Position numbers and translations under genes: made by a program. Positions 9,421-18,029 of a DNA stretch of 64,000 bases are shown here, one piece after another (the stretch's first letter is position 1; every line of letters begins with the position of its first letter). This DNA is from a phage. The notes beneath the pieces are model-generated. The model did no database searches and was not told where the DNA came from. It worked only from the letters and a program-made list of their open reading frames with translations. The stretch lies in NCBI GenBank assembly GCA_036436775.1, contig GCA_036436775.1_3676.1. One strand, 5' to 3'.

Positions 9421-9954
9421 ATGACTTGTGCTAGAAAACCTGATGAACAACGTAACGCATACGATGAGTATGTGACACCGGAGTGGTGTGCAGAAGGACT
9501 GTATGACCTTATTCCGTTCCCAGAGGACTGGACCTACTTAGAGCCTTGCAGGAATAGTGCCTCAGGTGTGTTCTACTCCCGTATGCCGTTAGGATCTGCA
9601 TGGGGAGAAATCCAAGAAGGTGTTGACTATCTGAATACAGAATACAACCATGTTGACTGTATTATCACCAACCCACCATACAGTCTGGCCCGTGAGTTCG
9701 TAGACAAGGCGTTGAAAGATGCTGACGTAGTTATTATGCTTTTACGTCTTAATTTTCTGGAAAGCAAAGCCAGATTTGAATGGTGGCTTGATAATGCACC
9801 CACTACTGTGATCACAATATCTAAGCGTCCATCATTTCAATCAAATGGCAGAACTGACGGGCAAGCATATGCATATTTTGTGTGGGATAAGAAAAACCGT
9901 TTAGACTTGCCGCCGTTTATGTGGTTGGCACCTCCAGAGGTAGACCTGAAATGA
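9421..9954 (+). CDS. Small phage-type DNA N6-adenine methyltransferase
   Basis: 177-aa ORF with catalytic motif ITNPPYS (NPPY). Confidence 0.65.
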   Translation: MTCARKPDEQRNAYDEYVTPEWCAEGLYDLIPFPEDWTYLEPCRNSASGVFYSRMPLGSAWGEIQEGVDYLNTEYNHVDCIITNPPYSLAREFVDKALKDADVVIMLLRLNFLESKARFEWWLDNAPTTVITISKRPSFQSNGRTDGQAYAYFVWDKKNRLDLPPFMWLAPPEVDLK

Positions 9955-10235
9955 AAATGAGTGCTAAGGACAAATTACACCAGTTAGCGCTAAAACGTCC
10001 TGTAACGCTTCCTGACGAGCTTAACTCCATTTATGATGCGATTGTAGGGGAGATACAAAATAAAGCGTTAGCAGGCTTTCTGGGATGCGGATTTTCGATA
10101 AATCTACCCTCGCATCTCTCAGATTACTTCCCGCATATTGTTGGGGATTTGAGGGCAGGAGGTCTGCAGGTAGATGTTGTTGGCATCTCTCCAGAGAAAA
10201 ATAATACGGTTGCCTACTTGACAGTAACCTGGTAG
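9951..10235 (+). CDS. Hypothetical protein
   Basis: ORF; start moved to ATG 9951 overlapping upstream stop (TGAAATG), GAGGT RBS. Confidence 0.55.
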   Translation: MKMSAKDKLHQLALKRPVTLPDELNSIYDAIVGEIQNKALAGFLGCGFSINLPSHLSDYFPHIVGDLRAGGLQVDVVGISPEKNNTVAYLTVTW

Positions 10236-10269
10236 TTGTGTATTGTTGTTCTCAACAAGGGGGTCATTT

Positions 10270-10509
10270 ATGTACAAGTCATTTTCAATTTACTCAAGGC
10301 AGGCGAAACACTACACAGAGATCCTGATTACTCAGAAAAAATCTGTAGAAGGTGAGTGGGAATATCACCATAAAATGTTACGTCCAGATTGGGTTTTTGA
10401 TAGACTTATTGCCATGATTCCTCTTGGGGAAGTATACCCTCTGACAGGCGGGAGGGATGCTTGGGATTTAATTGATTACATAGATTCATTTAAGGAGCCC
10501 AGTGTATGA
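10270..10509 (+). CDS. Hypothetical protein
   Basis: ORF; start moved to ATG 10270 with AAGGGGG RBS. Confidence 0.55.
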   Translation: MYKSFSIYSRQAKHYTEILITQKKSVEGEWEYHHKMLRPDWVFDRLIAMIPLGEVYPLTGGRDAWDLIDYIDSFKEPSV

Positions 10510-10904
10510 AGATTGAGATCACTAAAGAAGGTAAGAAAGTGTCTGGAGACTATGCAACAGTAATTCGAGATTTAATGTTTGAAACCACCAAGTTCGGCAC
10601 ATCTAAAGTTGGTCAAACTGTTAGTGTGCAAGGCAATATCACCACAGGGGAGAAGATAATCATTGTAATCAAGGGGCAGGATCCTGTGGAAGGAACAGTG
10701 GGCCGAGGAGGATACCTGTGCATTTCTGAAGAGCCACGTATGCTGGTGGCTGACCACACTACAGGTGGGAAACGTGTGTGCGAGGCGGATGAGGTAATGA
10801 TTATTAAACCTGTTGATCCAGATGATCCAGCAACTTGGGTGGTAGGAAATGAAATCTTCTCCTTAGAAGAGTTATCCTTCCCAGCCCCACGCTCTGTTCA
10901 GTAA
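10506..10904 (+). CDS. Hypothetical protein
   Basis: 132-aa ORF, ATGA overlap with upstream gene. Confidence 0.6.
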   Translation: MKIEITKEGKKVSGDYATVIRDLMFETTKFGTSKVGQTVSVQGNITTGEKIIIVIKGQDPVEGTVGRGGYLCISEEPRMLVADHTTGGKRVCEADEVMIIKPVDPDDPATWVVGNEIFSLEELSFPAPRSVQ

Positions 10905-10943
10905 TAATTTATCTTGCCAGGGACGGTAGAAGCAGGAGGTAGC

Positions 10944-11177
10944 ATGAAAGTTAAATTTCTTACAGATTTAGGGTACCCTTCCTTGGTTGACTGCGTTGGT
11001 AAAATTGTGGAAGCAAAACGGCTATCTGCAAACGAGAATGTTGTCCTGGTTAAGGGAAAGGATTTACTAGCTGCAGGTGCAGAGTCTGGCAGGATCTCTC
11101 CTGACTATACATATTACCTATCTTTAAGTAATCTGCCAGAACGAGGCGGCAAAGGCCTTGAAGTTGTGGAGGAGTGA
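10944..11177 (+). CDS. Hypothetical small acidic protein (paralog family, ...LLAAGA...VEVVEE)
   Basis: ORF; start at ATG 10944 with GGAGGT RBS; shares motif with ORFs at 14607, 14821, 16697, 16965. Confidence 0.6.
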   Translation: MKVKFLTDLGYPSLVDCVGKIVEAKRLSANENVVLVKGKDLLAAGAESGRISPDYTYYLSLSNLPERGGKGLEVVEE

Positions 11178-11182
11178 CAGGT

Positions 11183-11707
11183 ATGCTTCTTATTAACTGG
11201 GAAGACCTCTATGGGGACAAAGACCCTGTTGCGTTTGTTGATCGTAGATGGAGATATACTGAAGAACAACTGGCTGCAAAAAATTTAACTGCGAAACGCA
11301 GAAAGATTATCCAGTGCAAGTACAAATACGCACAGTTTGCTGCAAAAGTGTCTCCACAAATCGAGAGCTTTGTACTTAAATTGTATGACGAGTATCTCAA
11401 ATTCAAATTGGATTTTGTGCAGGTATACCGTGCACAGGTACGCCCAGATACCAGCATTTGCAGATGGAAGGTTGTTTGTGACGGTAAAGCTTTGCCGATC
11501 AGCTTGACAATTGAGCAGCGTTGGGGGTATCATGAGTGTGGTCTGTATGAGACTTGGGATGTCATTGTAGATCCTGCTAAGTACCTGAACACAGAGGAGC
11601 TGGAATATATCAATAAGGTTATTCTAGATATGTTTTTCAACTACACCCGTGAAAACTCCGAGAAAGAACGAGATAATTTTCTTGACACCATCAGCAACCA
11701 TCTGTAG
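11183..11707 (+). CDS. Hypothetical protein
   Basis: ORF; start moved to ATG 11183 with GTGGAGGAG RBS. Confidence 0.6.
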   Translation: MLLINWEDLYGDKDPVAFVDRRWRYTEEQLAAKNLTAKRRKIIQCKYKYAQFAAKVSPQIESFVLKLYDEYLKFKLDFVQVYRAQVRPDTSICRWKVVCDGKALPISLTIEQRWGYHECGLYETWDVIVDPAKYLNTEELEYINKVILDMFFNYTRENSEKERDNFLDTISNHL

Positions 11708-11737
11708 TATATAATTTAACCTACAAAGGGAGGACTA

Positions 11738-11974
11738 ATGAGTATAGATGTTGCGCTAATAGGTTACCTGGTAATAGCCGTTATAACGGCAGTATTCTTG
11801 ACAGGTGTATGCATCGTGTCCACACGAAGGGTGAAGTTTGATGATTTTATCACTATCATCACTGCTGCACCTTTTTGGCCTGTTGTTATCTTCATCGTGA
11901 TAATGTGCCTGGTGGATTACTACAAGAATACCCGTAAGGAGAAAAAGGAGAGCAGGAATGGAGACTGCACCTAA
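11738..11974 (+). CDS. Small membrane protein
   Basis: 78-aa ORF with two hydrophobic segments; AGGGAGGA RBS. Confidence 0.6.
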   Translation: MSIDVALIGYLVIAVITAVFLTGVCIVSTRRVKFDDFITIITAAPFWPVVIFIVIMCLVDYYKNTRKEKKESRNGDCT

Positions 11975-12193
11975 AACTGTTTATACTGTTCTTAAAGAGA
12001 TTGCGTTCTACGCAGATCTTAGCCAGGCACCTTTATGGGAAAAGAGCATGTATTTAAAATGGTGCATTAATTTAGGGAGATCTTCCGGTGTTTCAAGCCA
12101 TGTTTATTGAAATGCTATCTGGGGTATTGTTACTGGTAACCATCTTAGGTGGTGCAGTTCTGATGTATAACTATCTTGAAAAAGGAGACAGCA

Positions 12194-12379
12194 ATGGTAA
12201 AAAATAAATCTTTAGAGCAGGCTGAAAACCTTCTCCACGAGCTGGTAAAGGAGTGGAAAGTTGAATACTCAGATTTTAATGCACGAGAGGGTGAAGATTA
12301 TTGGCCTACGGAGCGCTCAGAGGGTGAATGGTATCAAGATTTTATAGAGTGGTTATATCAGACGTGCGATGAGGGGTGA
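12194..12379 (+). CDS. Hypothetical protein
   Basis: ORF; ATG 12194 with AAGGAGA RBS. Confidence 0.55.
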   Translation: MVKNKSLEQAENLLHELVKEWKVEYSDFNAREGEDYWPTERSEGEWYQDFIEWLYQTCDEG

Positions 12380-12381
12380 CG

Positions 12382-12837
12382 ATGTTTGTTAAATATGTAA
12401 AAACGTGCCTCAATAGCCTTGGCAGAGAGCATTGGTATACCTTGCTTGAAAAAGGAGAAATTTTAACAAAATCTGGAAAGATAACTTTGGTGCCTCTTGA
12501 CAGTAAAGACCCGTCACTACTTGTTATAGATGATTACGTTACAGGTGTGACGTTCGAGGTATCTGTGGAGAGGTTAATACGCAGAGCTGGCGGCCCTTAT
12601 GACCGAAGAGAGTATGTTTTCGATTCCGTTACAGAGAGGGAGCATCCGTCTTTAATGTTCAGGATGGTAATCAGAGATATGAGGTCATCTATAGATAGGA
12701 TCGTAAAGGACATTAAGGAACCTTTTAGGGTAAAAGTTAAGAAGTTTTTTGATTCTAAGATTAACATACTTGCCGTTGTGCTGGGTGTAATTCAACTTCT
12801 GTTAATTTTGCACTATCTTGAACTGTTGTTTAAGTAG
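12382..12837 (+). CDS. Hypothetical protein with C-terminal hydrophobic segment
   Basis: ORF; ATG 12382 with GAGGGG RBS. Confidence 0.55.
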   Translation: MFVKYVKTCLNSLGREHWYTLLEKGEILTKSGKITLVPLDSKDPSLLVIDDYVTGVTFEVSVERLIRRAGGPYDRREYVFDSVTEREHPSLMFRMVIRDMRSSIDRIVKDIKEPFRVKVKKFFDSKINILAVVLGVIQLLLILHYLELLFK

Positions 12838-12847
12838 TGTACAATAA

Positions 12848-12864
12848 GGCACAAAGGATGTGCC
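12848..12864 (+). promoter_or_regulatory. Palindromic operator-like site GGCACAAAGGATGTGCC
   Basis: Second copy of the CACA-N4/5-TGTG palindrome seen at 5857-5872, same ~40-nt distance from the downstream ATG. Confidence 0.45.
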
Positions 12865-12897
12865 ATAACTAAATAAACTAAGAAAGAGGTAGAGAGA

Positions 12898-13245
12898 ATG
12901 CCAAAGATTAAATCGATATTAATGTGGGTAGCTGTTGTGGCTTTTATAGGGTACTGGGTTTGGGAAACTGAATTAAAAGATATCGGATATACCAGTCTTG
13001 AGAGCAAGGCGTGTATTGGCATAACCGATGCGTTCAGGCAAAACGCTATGGATCACGAATGTGTTGATGCAGATATAGATGAGAAACTGTCTAAGGACAA
13101 AGATTTTTACCATGGGCGTGCTTTGCTTGATAGTGGTGACACTGTAGAGTTCTGGTCGTGGTTCCGTGAAGATGGAACAATAAAAACAGCAGTAAAGATC
13201 TCTAACAAAGAGTTAATGCTGTTACAGCAGAAGGAGGCTCAATGA
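12898..13245 (+). CDS. Membrane-anchored hypothetical protein
   Basis: 115-aa ORF, N-terminal TM segment, AGAGGTAGAGAG RBS. Confidence 0.6.
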   Translation: MPKIKSILMWVAVVAFIGYWVWETELKDIGYTSLESKACIGITDAFRQNAMDHECVDADIDEKLSKDKDFYHGRALLDSGDTVEFWSWFREDGTIKTAVKISNKELMLLQQKEAQ

Positions 13246-13529
13246 TCTGGATATCCTATACTGATGGCACCATGCTGTATACTGCAGGTACCAGATATGA
13301 GGTTCAGGAGGACGATAAAAAATTTATCGTAAAAACATTTGACAAGGACGACAACCTTTTGCTAGAATTGGCTTACAAAGTGGGAGAGGTATCCAATATC
13401 CAATTGGATTGTGGTCATAAAGATAATCCACTCAAAAAACCTGGAATAGGAAAGGCTTCAGAAGAACGTTTGTCTCGTATTGCAGAAAGCGTTTCTCCCC
13501 AAAAATCTAAGAAGAGGATTAGAAAATGA
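13242..13529 (+). CDS. Hypothetical protein
   Basis: 95-aa ORF, ATGA overlap. Confidence 0.55.
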   Translation: MIWISYTDGTMLYTAGTRYEVQEDDKKFIVKTFDKDDNLLLELAYKVGEVSNIQLDCGHKDNPLKKPGIGKASEERLSRIAESVSPQKSKKRIRK

Positions 13530-13726
13530 GTGACAAAATTCTTAAATTTAATACCTACTATGAGAATGATTTGAACGATCTGTATTATATAGTGCGTAGC
13601 GAAAACCCAAATGTAGTACTGTTTTGCCGAGAACCTTTCAAAAAAGAGGAGATTGAATCTACCATGAATGTGGATCAGATTTCACACCTACTGCTCCTTG
13701 GATCATTAAAAGAGGCAGTATTCTAA
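13526..13726 (+). CDS. Hypothetical protein
   Basis: 66-aa ORF, ATGA overlap. Confidence 0.5.
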   Translation: MSDKILKFNTYYENDLNDLYYIVRSENPNVVLFCREPFKKEEIESTMNVDQISHLLLLGSLKEAVF

Positions 13727-13745
13727 ACCAAGGTAGAGGGTTTTT

Positions 13746-13931
13746 ATGAAGCACTATTGTCTATCTGGTAGAATGGGTGCAGATTGCGATTGGGTTTTCT
13801 TAAAACTTGTCAGCATTCGAGAGTGCATTCCAGAGGAAGAGCAAGAAAGCGAGCTGATGTCATGGATCAACCATTACGGTAACACTTTTCGGCATGTTAA
13901 GGTAGAAGAGTTGCCAAGCGAGGCTGATTGA
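13746..13931 (+). CDS. Hypothetical protein
   Basis: 61-aa ORF with GGTAGAGGG RBS. Confidence 0.5.
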   Translation: MKHYCLSGRMGADCDWVFLKLVSIRECIPEEEQESELMSWINHYGNTFRHVKVEELPSEAD

Positions 13932-13933
13932 CT

Positions 13934-14023
13934 ATGATTGCATCAATATTAACGTTTATGGGTGGCGTGGCATTCGGATTCATTGTTTGCCTGTTTATAG
14001 TGATTATGTCTATGCGAGGCTGA
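13934..14023 (+). CDS. Small hydrophobic peptide (29 aa)
   Basis: ATG with GAGG RBS; single predicted TM helix; fills gap between flanking genes; not in ORF track. Confidence 0.4.
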   Translation: MIASILTFMGGVAFGFIVCLFIVIMSMRG

Positions 14024-14026
14024 ATT

Positions 14027-14323
14027 ATGAAACTTTTTGAGTGGTTTAAAAAGTTTAAATATAAAGCTGTAGCCATCGTGCCGTGGTCCATTCAGTGGGT
14101 TGATGAAGGTGGTCTACCAATACCTGGTGACAAAGATACTGGGTACTGGATTATGATGGAGAACGGGTTTGGAAAGCGAAAGTATACGTGCACAAACTCT
14201 ACTCGATCTGCACTTAATAGAGTGCCTGGTTACAAACTTATGGTTGTGTGGAAAATGTCAGGTGTTCCTCCAGCTAATGCTCAATTTCTTACTGACAATC
14301 CGACCACGGTGGAGGGAGATTGA
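14027..14323 (+). CDS. Hypothetical protein
   Basis: 98-aa ORF. Confidence 0.55.
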   Translation: MKLFEWFKKFKYKAVAIVPWSIQWVDEGGLPIPGDKDTGYWIMMENGFGKRKYTCTNSTRSALNRVPGYKLMVVWKMSGVPPANAQFLTDNPTTVEGD

Positions 14324-14325
14324 TA

Positions 14326-14607
14326 ATGAAAAAGATTAACAGTGGTGAAGTCGAGTTTAAACTTGTCGGGAAAGGCACTTACTGGGAAGTTCGTCAAAAG
14401 GTATATTTGTTCGGTCTTATTCCCTATTGGTCTAAATTCTACTGGGGAGCTAACGAGTTGGGAAGATACGCCACCAAATCAATGGCACTTATTGGTATAG
14501 CAGAGTACATTGCAGCTAGAGATAGGGTTGGAGACACTTATTACTATACTGCGGACGATATTCGTAACAGTGTTTACGTCCCACAACCACCTGATGGAGA
14601 CCGTTGA
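14326..14607 (+). CDS. Hypothetical protein
   Basis: ORF; ATG 14326 with GGAGGGAG RBS. Confidence 0.55.
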   Translation: MKKINSGEVEFKLVGKGTYWEVRQKVYLFGLIPYWSKFYWGANELGRYATKSMALIGIAEYIAARDRVGDTYYYTADDIRNSVYVPQPPDGDR

Positions 14608-14831
14608 TGAAAGTTAGAGTTTTAGATTCAAGCTTCTATATTGGTCAGGAGCCTTTAGTAGGGAAAGTGTTTACTGCTGTCCCTAACGAAGATTACCCTG
14701 ACCTTTTAAAAATAAAAGGGGCAGATCTTATTGCCGCTGGTGCATCTCAGGAATGCTTTGACAGTCAGTGGACCTACAACTTTGCCCTAGGGGAGGATGT
14801 GGAGGTAGTGGAGGACGATCATGAAAGTTAA
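14607..14831 (+). CDS. Small acidic protein (paralog family A)
   Basis: MKVRVLD...GADLIAAGA...VEVVED; paralogous to 14821, 10944, 16697, 16965. Confidence 0.6.
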   Translation: MKVRVLDSSFYIGQEPLVGKVFTAVPNEDYPDLLKIKGADLIAAGASQECFDSQWTYNFALGEDVEVVEDDHES

Positions 14832-15075
14832 AATTCTTGACTCTAACGTCTACTTGGGACAATCCTTCCTGAAGGGAAAGGTCGTACCTGCTGTATACTT
14901 CGAAGAGTTGCCGTGGGATGATCCTGTGCGGCAAAATCACAGCTATGTAGGCCACAATGTGGTTTTCATCTTGGGATCAGACCTAATAGCGGCTGGTGCC
15001 CCGGAATATTATTTCGGAGAGGACTCGTATTATGCCTTTGGGGTAGGGTCAGATGCAGATATTTTAGAGCTGTGA
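14821..15075 (+). CDS. Small acidic protein (paralog family A)
   Basis: MKVKILD...GSDLIAAGA...; paralog of adjacent gene. Confidence 0.6.
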   Translation: MKVKILDSNVYLGQSFLKGKVVPAVYFEELPWDDPVRQNHSYVGHNVVFILGSDLIAAGAPEYYFGEDSYYAFGVGSDADILEL

Positions 15076-15485
15076 TGGGGACTGTTGTGAAAAATAAACT
15101 GTTCAAAGTTACAATGAAAATTCGCGGAGCTTGGAGCGTAAAGCAAGGGCGTATCCCGGAATTTGAGAAAGACTTCTACGTAGTCTCCACCTCTGAAGAG
15201 GCTGCATGCTGGCAGGCTGGCTATGCCTATGCAAGAACTTGGTACGAAGGATACCAGACTGGGGGCTATGACGGAGAAATTATCAGCAAGGGTGTAGAAG
15301 AAATTAATGTGTTGACAAGTGAAAAAGTTTTTGTTATAGTGCATCCAGATTCCAGAGTGAAGCATTATTGGAATGCCAGAACAAAAACTTGGACACCGTT
15401 TGCAGATTCTGCTACACCACTTTTAAACCAAAAAGCTCTTGACTCTGCCCCGAGCTATGGGGTTGTTGAAGAAAAGCTAAACTGA
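15075..15485 (+). CDS. Hypothetical protein (paralog family B)
   Basis: Shares HP.S...YW...TWTP...TPLL segment with ORF 17297-17692. Confidence 0.6.
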   Translation: MGTVVKNKLFKVTMKIRGAWSVKQGRIPEFEKDFYVVSTSEEAACWQAGYAYARTWYEGYQTGGYDGEIISKGVEEINVLTSEKVFVIVHPDSRVKHYWNARTKTWTPFADSATPLLNQKALDSAPSYGVVEEKLN

Positions 15486-15502
15486 AACAGTGAGGTGCCA
15501 CT

Positions 15503-15793
15503 ATGATGGATTTAGTTCTGAATATTGATAACGCAGGAGAGGTTAAAGACGATGGTGTAACAAGCATGGACCAACCATGCCCTGCAAAGATTGACTCAAA
15601 ATGGACATATAAGTTTGACGGAGAGATCTCTGCAAATGATGAAAAGGTTGTAGATGCTGCAGCCATTTTGAACGCTCTAGGGTACGACCCTGTGAATTCT
15701 TTGATCAAGGATCCTGTTGAGTTTGCAGAGTATGTTCGAAAAATGGCAGATCTTGCTGTAGATATTTTAAATACTATCGACAACAATCTGTAA
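15503..15793 (+). CDS. Hypothetical acidic protein
   Basis: 96-aa ORF with GAGGTG RBS. Confidence 0.6.
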   Translation: MMDLVLNIDNAGEVKDDGVTSMDQPCPAKIDSKWTYKFDGEISANDEKVVDAAAILNALGYDPVNSLIKDPVEFAEYVRKMADLAVDILNTIDNNL

Positions 15794-15799
15794 AAACTG

Positions 15800-15828
15800 T
15801 TGACACAACGCTTCAGCTATAGTATTAT
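15800..15828 (+). promoter_or_regulatory. Sigma70-like promoter TTGACA-N17-TATTAT upstream of HPF homolog
   Basis: Hexamers read directly. Confidence 0.55.
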
Positions 15829-15877
15829 TGTTTTCAAAGAGAGAGCTATATTCCCTCTTCTTTAAAAGGAACACGTT

Positions 15878-16195
15878 ATGCAAATTGAGATCACTGGCAA
15901 CGTAGAAATCACCGAAGGTATGGTGTCTTTCATTTCCCACAAAATGTCAAAACTGGAGCGTCTACATCCTTCTGTAAATCATGCACGTGTAAGTGTAAAA
16001 GTTGAAAATGATCACCAGGAAGTTATGGCGTTCATTTTTGACACTTCTGGAAAAGAAGTTATTGCCAAAGCTAAAGGCAGTGATGCTTACGAGGCAACTG
16101 ACCGTATGGTAGATGTTGCAGCACGTCAGCTGGCTAAATGCGGTGGAAAGAAAGGTAAAGGGAAAGGAAAAGTAAAGATTGACTTTGGAGAATGA
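15878..16195 (+). CDS. hpf: Ribosome hibernation promoting factor / RaiA (YfiA-HPF family) homolog with Lys/Gly-rich tail
   Basis: 105-aa ORF; MQIEITGNVEITE...KLE...VKVE...ARQL pattern matches bacterial HPF from memory. Confidence 0.7.
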   Translation: MQIEITGNVEITEGMVSFISHKMSKLERLHPSVNHARVSVKVENDHQEVMAFIFDTSGKEVIAKAKGSDAYEATDRMVDVAARQLAKCGGKKGKGKGKVKIDFGE

Positions 16196-16204
16196 GGTGC
16201 TACA

Positions 16205-16306
16205 ATGGGCGTGATTAAGAAATTAGTCCCAAGTGTAGAGATTGCATGCTTTGAAATTATGTTTGCAATCGCAGTTGTAGTTAATGTGTTAGGTTACGGC
16301 TATTAA
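16205..16306 (+). CDS. Small hydrophobic peptide (33 aa)
   Basis: ATG with GAGGTG RBS right after HPF stop; hydrophobic C-terminus; not in ORF track. Confidence 0.4.
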   Translation: MGVIKKLVPSVEIACFEIMFAIAVVVNVLGYGY

Positions 16307-16332
16307 TATCAAATAATTGAGGAGACCTCTAA

Positions 16333-16602
16333 ATGAAAATTAAATTATTCAAAACCGAGCTGGCAGACAAAAACTGTGGACTGGTTGAAGGCATGATCGT
16401 TGAAGCACAACCAGTAGACTACATGAAGGTAGTTCGTGATGCCTTGGGTGAAGGTTTTGATCTGATGGAACCAGCTCTGCGAGAAGATGTTATCGAGATG
16501 GCTAAAAAGCACACACCTGAAGGCATGGTGGTGTTTGTTGCACCGGGTAACGGAGAAGAGTTGATTGTAACCCCTGATGTGTATGAGATTGTAGAAGAAT
16601 AA
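16333..16602 (+). CDS. Small acidic protein
   Basis: 89-aa ORF with GAGGAG RBS; ends ...EIVEE. Confidence 0.6.
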   Translation: MKIKLFKTELADKNCGLVEGMIVEAQPVDYMKVVRDALGEGFDLMEPALREDVIEMAKKHTPEGMVVFVAPGNGEELIVTPDVYEIVEE

Positions 16603-16696
16603 TCCTGCTTGGATTGGCATGCTTCCTCAATAAAAAGAGAAGTTTGTAATTATTTGTGGGAAAGGAATCCCAATCTCTTACCAGAGGTGATACTAT

Positions 16697-16960
16697 ATGA
16701 TTGTTTATTTTAAAACTTCAGGTGGATACCCTGATTCTCAAAGCTTGATCGGAAAAACGTGCACAGCATACTCACCTCTTGATGAAGAGGTAGGTGATAT
16801 TCTACGAAATATGTATCGGATTGACCCCCAAGAAGCTTTTGATCAAAACCTTGTATTTGTCAAGGGCTCAGACATGAAGTCTTTGGGAGCATTCCCTGAA
16901 GCAGATGATGATGCCGTTTATTCGTTCATGACCCCTTTTGAAGCTATGGTTGTTGGGTGA
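16697..16960 (+). CDS. Small acidic protein (paralog family A)
   Basis: ...VKGSDMKSLGAFPE... resembles 14607/14821 products. Confidence 0.55.
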   Translation: MIVYFKTSGGYPDSQSLIGKTCTAYSPLDEEVGDILRNMYRIDPQEAFDQNLVFVKGSDMKSLGAFPEADDDAVYSFMTPFEAMVVG

Positions 16961-16964
16961 TAAT

Positions 16965-17297
16965 ATGAAAGTACGCTTTATTGGTGAAACAATTCCTGTG
17001 CATCTCCGGTCGCCTGAAGATTCTGCAGATCTTGCATCTCAGAAGGCGAGAGGTTATGATAAGAAAGTAATCTCAACCGATGTAGAACTTGAGGCCACTA
17101 GTCTACCTGACCCCGCTGCATTCTTTAATCATTATGGATACTATTTCAGCAATCTGATGAATATCGGTGAGCTTGTGTTTATTAATGGTGGAGAAATTGT
17201 TAGCAAGCTTGGCGGCGATCCGGATGTCTTTCATGAAACCTGTCCTTTTGCATTTGTTGTTGGTTCAGATGTGGAAGTTATTGAGGAGGTGCGGTAA
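16965..17297 (+). CDS. Small acidic protein (paralog family A)
   Basis: ATG 16965 with GGGTGA RBS; ends ...GSDVEVIEEVR. Confidence 0.55.
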   Translation: MKVRFIGETIPVHLRSPEDSADLASQKARGYDKKVISTDVELEATSLPDPAAFFNHYGYYFSNLMNIGELVFINGGEIVSKLGGDPDVFHETCPFAFVVGSDVEVIEEVR

Positions 17298-17692
17298 TGA
17301 TAAGCCTATACCGTGTCGAGTATAGCTCAGATACTGTATACAACGTAAGAAGCAAAGATCGCAGCGACAGAGTGCAAGAAATGTATGTTCTTGCCGACAG
17401 TCCTTTATCTGCAGCGTTCAAGGCAGGGGCTCTTGCATCTCGTTGGAAATTTGAAGGCGGATCTTTCTATGAAGAAACCCTTGAAGATTCTGTTGTTATT
17501 TCTTCTGTAGGGGTTTCAGATGATTACGAAGGGAAAAAGTTCGTAATGCGGCACCCACACAGCAACATTGCGTACTACTGGGATGTTCTGAACAACGAGT
17601 GGACCCCAGATCTTCAGAAGGCTACTGTGCTAACACCGTTTTTGGCAGATAAGTTCCCACCAGAAGGTAATTTATCCGCACTGTTTCAGTAA
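17297..17692 (+). CDS. Hypothetical protein (paralog family B)
   Basis: Paralog of 15075-15485 (RHPHSNIAYYW...EWTPDL...VLTPFL). Confidence 0.6.
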   Translation: MISLYRVEYSSDTVYNVRSKDRSDRVQEMYVLADSPLSAAFKAGALASRWKFEGGSFYEETLEDSVVISSVGVSDDYEGKKFVMRHPHSNIAYYWDVLNNEWTPDLQKATVLTPFLADKFPPEGNLSALFQ

Positions 17693-17710
17693 TTTTCTTG
17701 CACACAGGTG

Positions 17711-17739
17711 TTGACAACACCAACCCTGTGTGAAATAAT
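17711..17739 (+). promoter_or_regulatory. Sigma70-like promoter TTGACA-N17-AATAAT
   Basis: Hexamers read directly. Confidence 0.5.
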
Positions 17740-17771
17740 ACCTTCATCTTAACAAGACAGGAGACTGATTG

Positions 17772-18029
17772 ATGAAGATTAAACTGAAAAACCTTGAAAT
17801 GGCAGAGATTCAGGATGGTGTTGATTTCCGCTCTAAAGATGGTGACATCTTAGAGGTAAATCTTCCAACCTACAAGCTGATTAAAGGTTTTGGCAACGTT
17901 CCGGAAGAGGATATTCCAGAAATTCTTATGATGTTGATTCTTGACGGAACTGTGTTTGTAGGTGAAGGTGAGAACGCTATTGCAATCCCAGGCCATTTTT
18001 ATGAAGTAGTTGACGAAGAGGTGCTGTAA
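17772..18029 (+). CDS. Small acidic protein
   Basis: ORF; ATG 17772 with AGGAG RBS. Confidence 0.6.
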   Translation: MKIKLKNLEMAEIQDGVDFRSKDGDILEVNLPTYKLIKGFGNVPEEDIPEILMMLILDGTVFVGEGENAIAIPGHFYEVVDEEVL

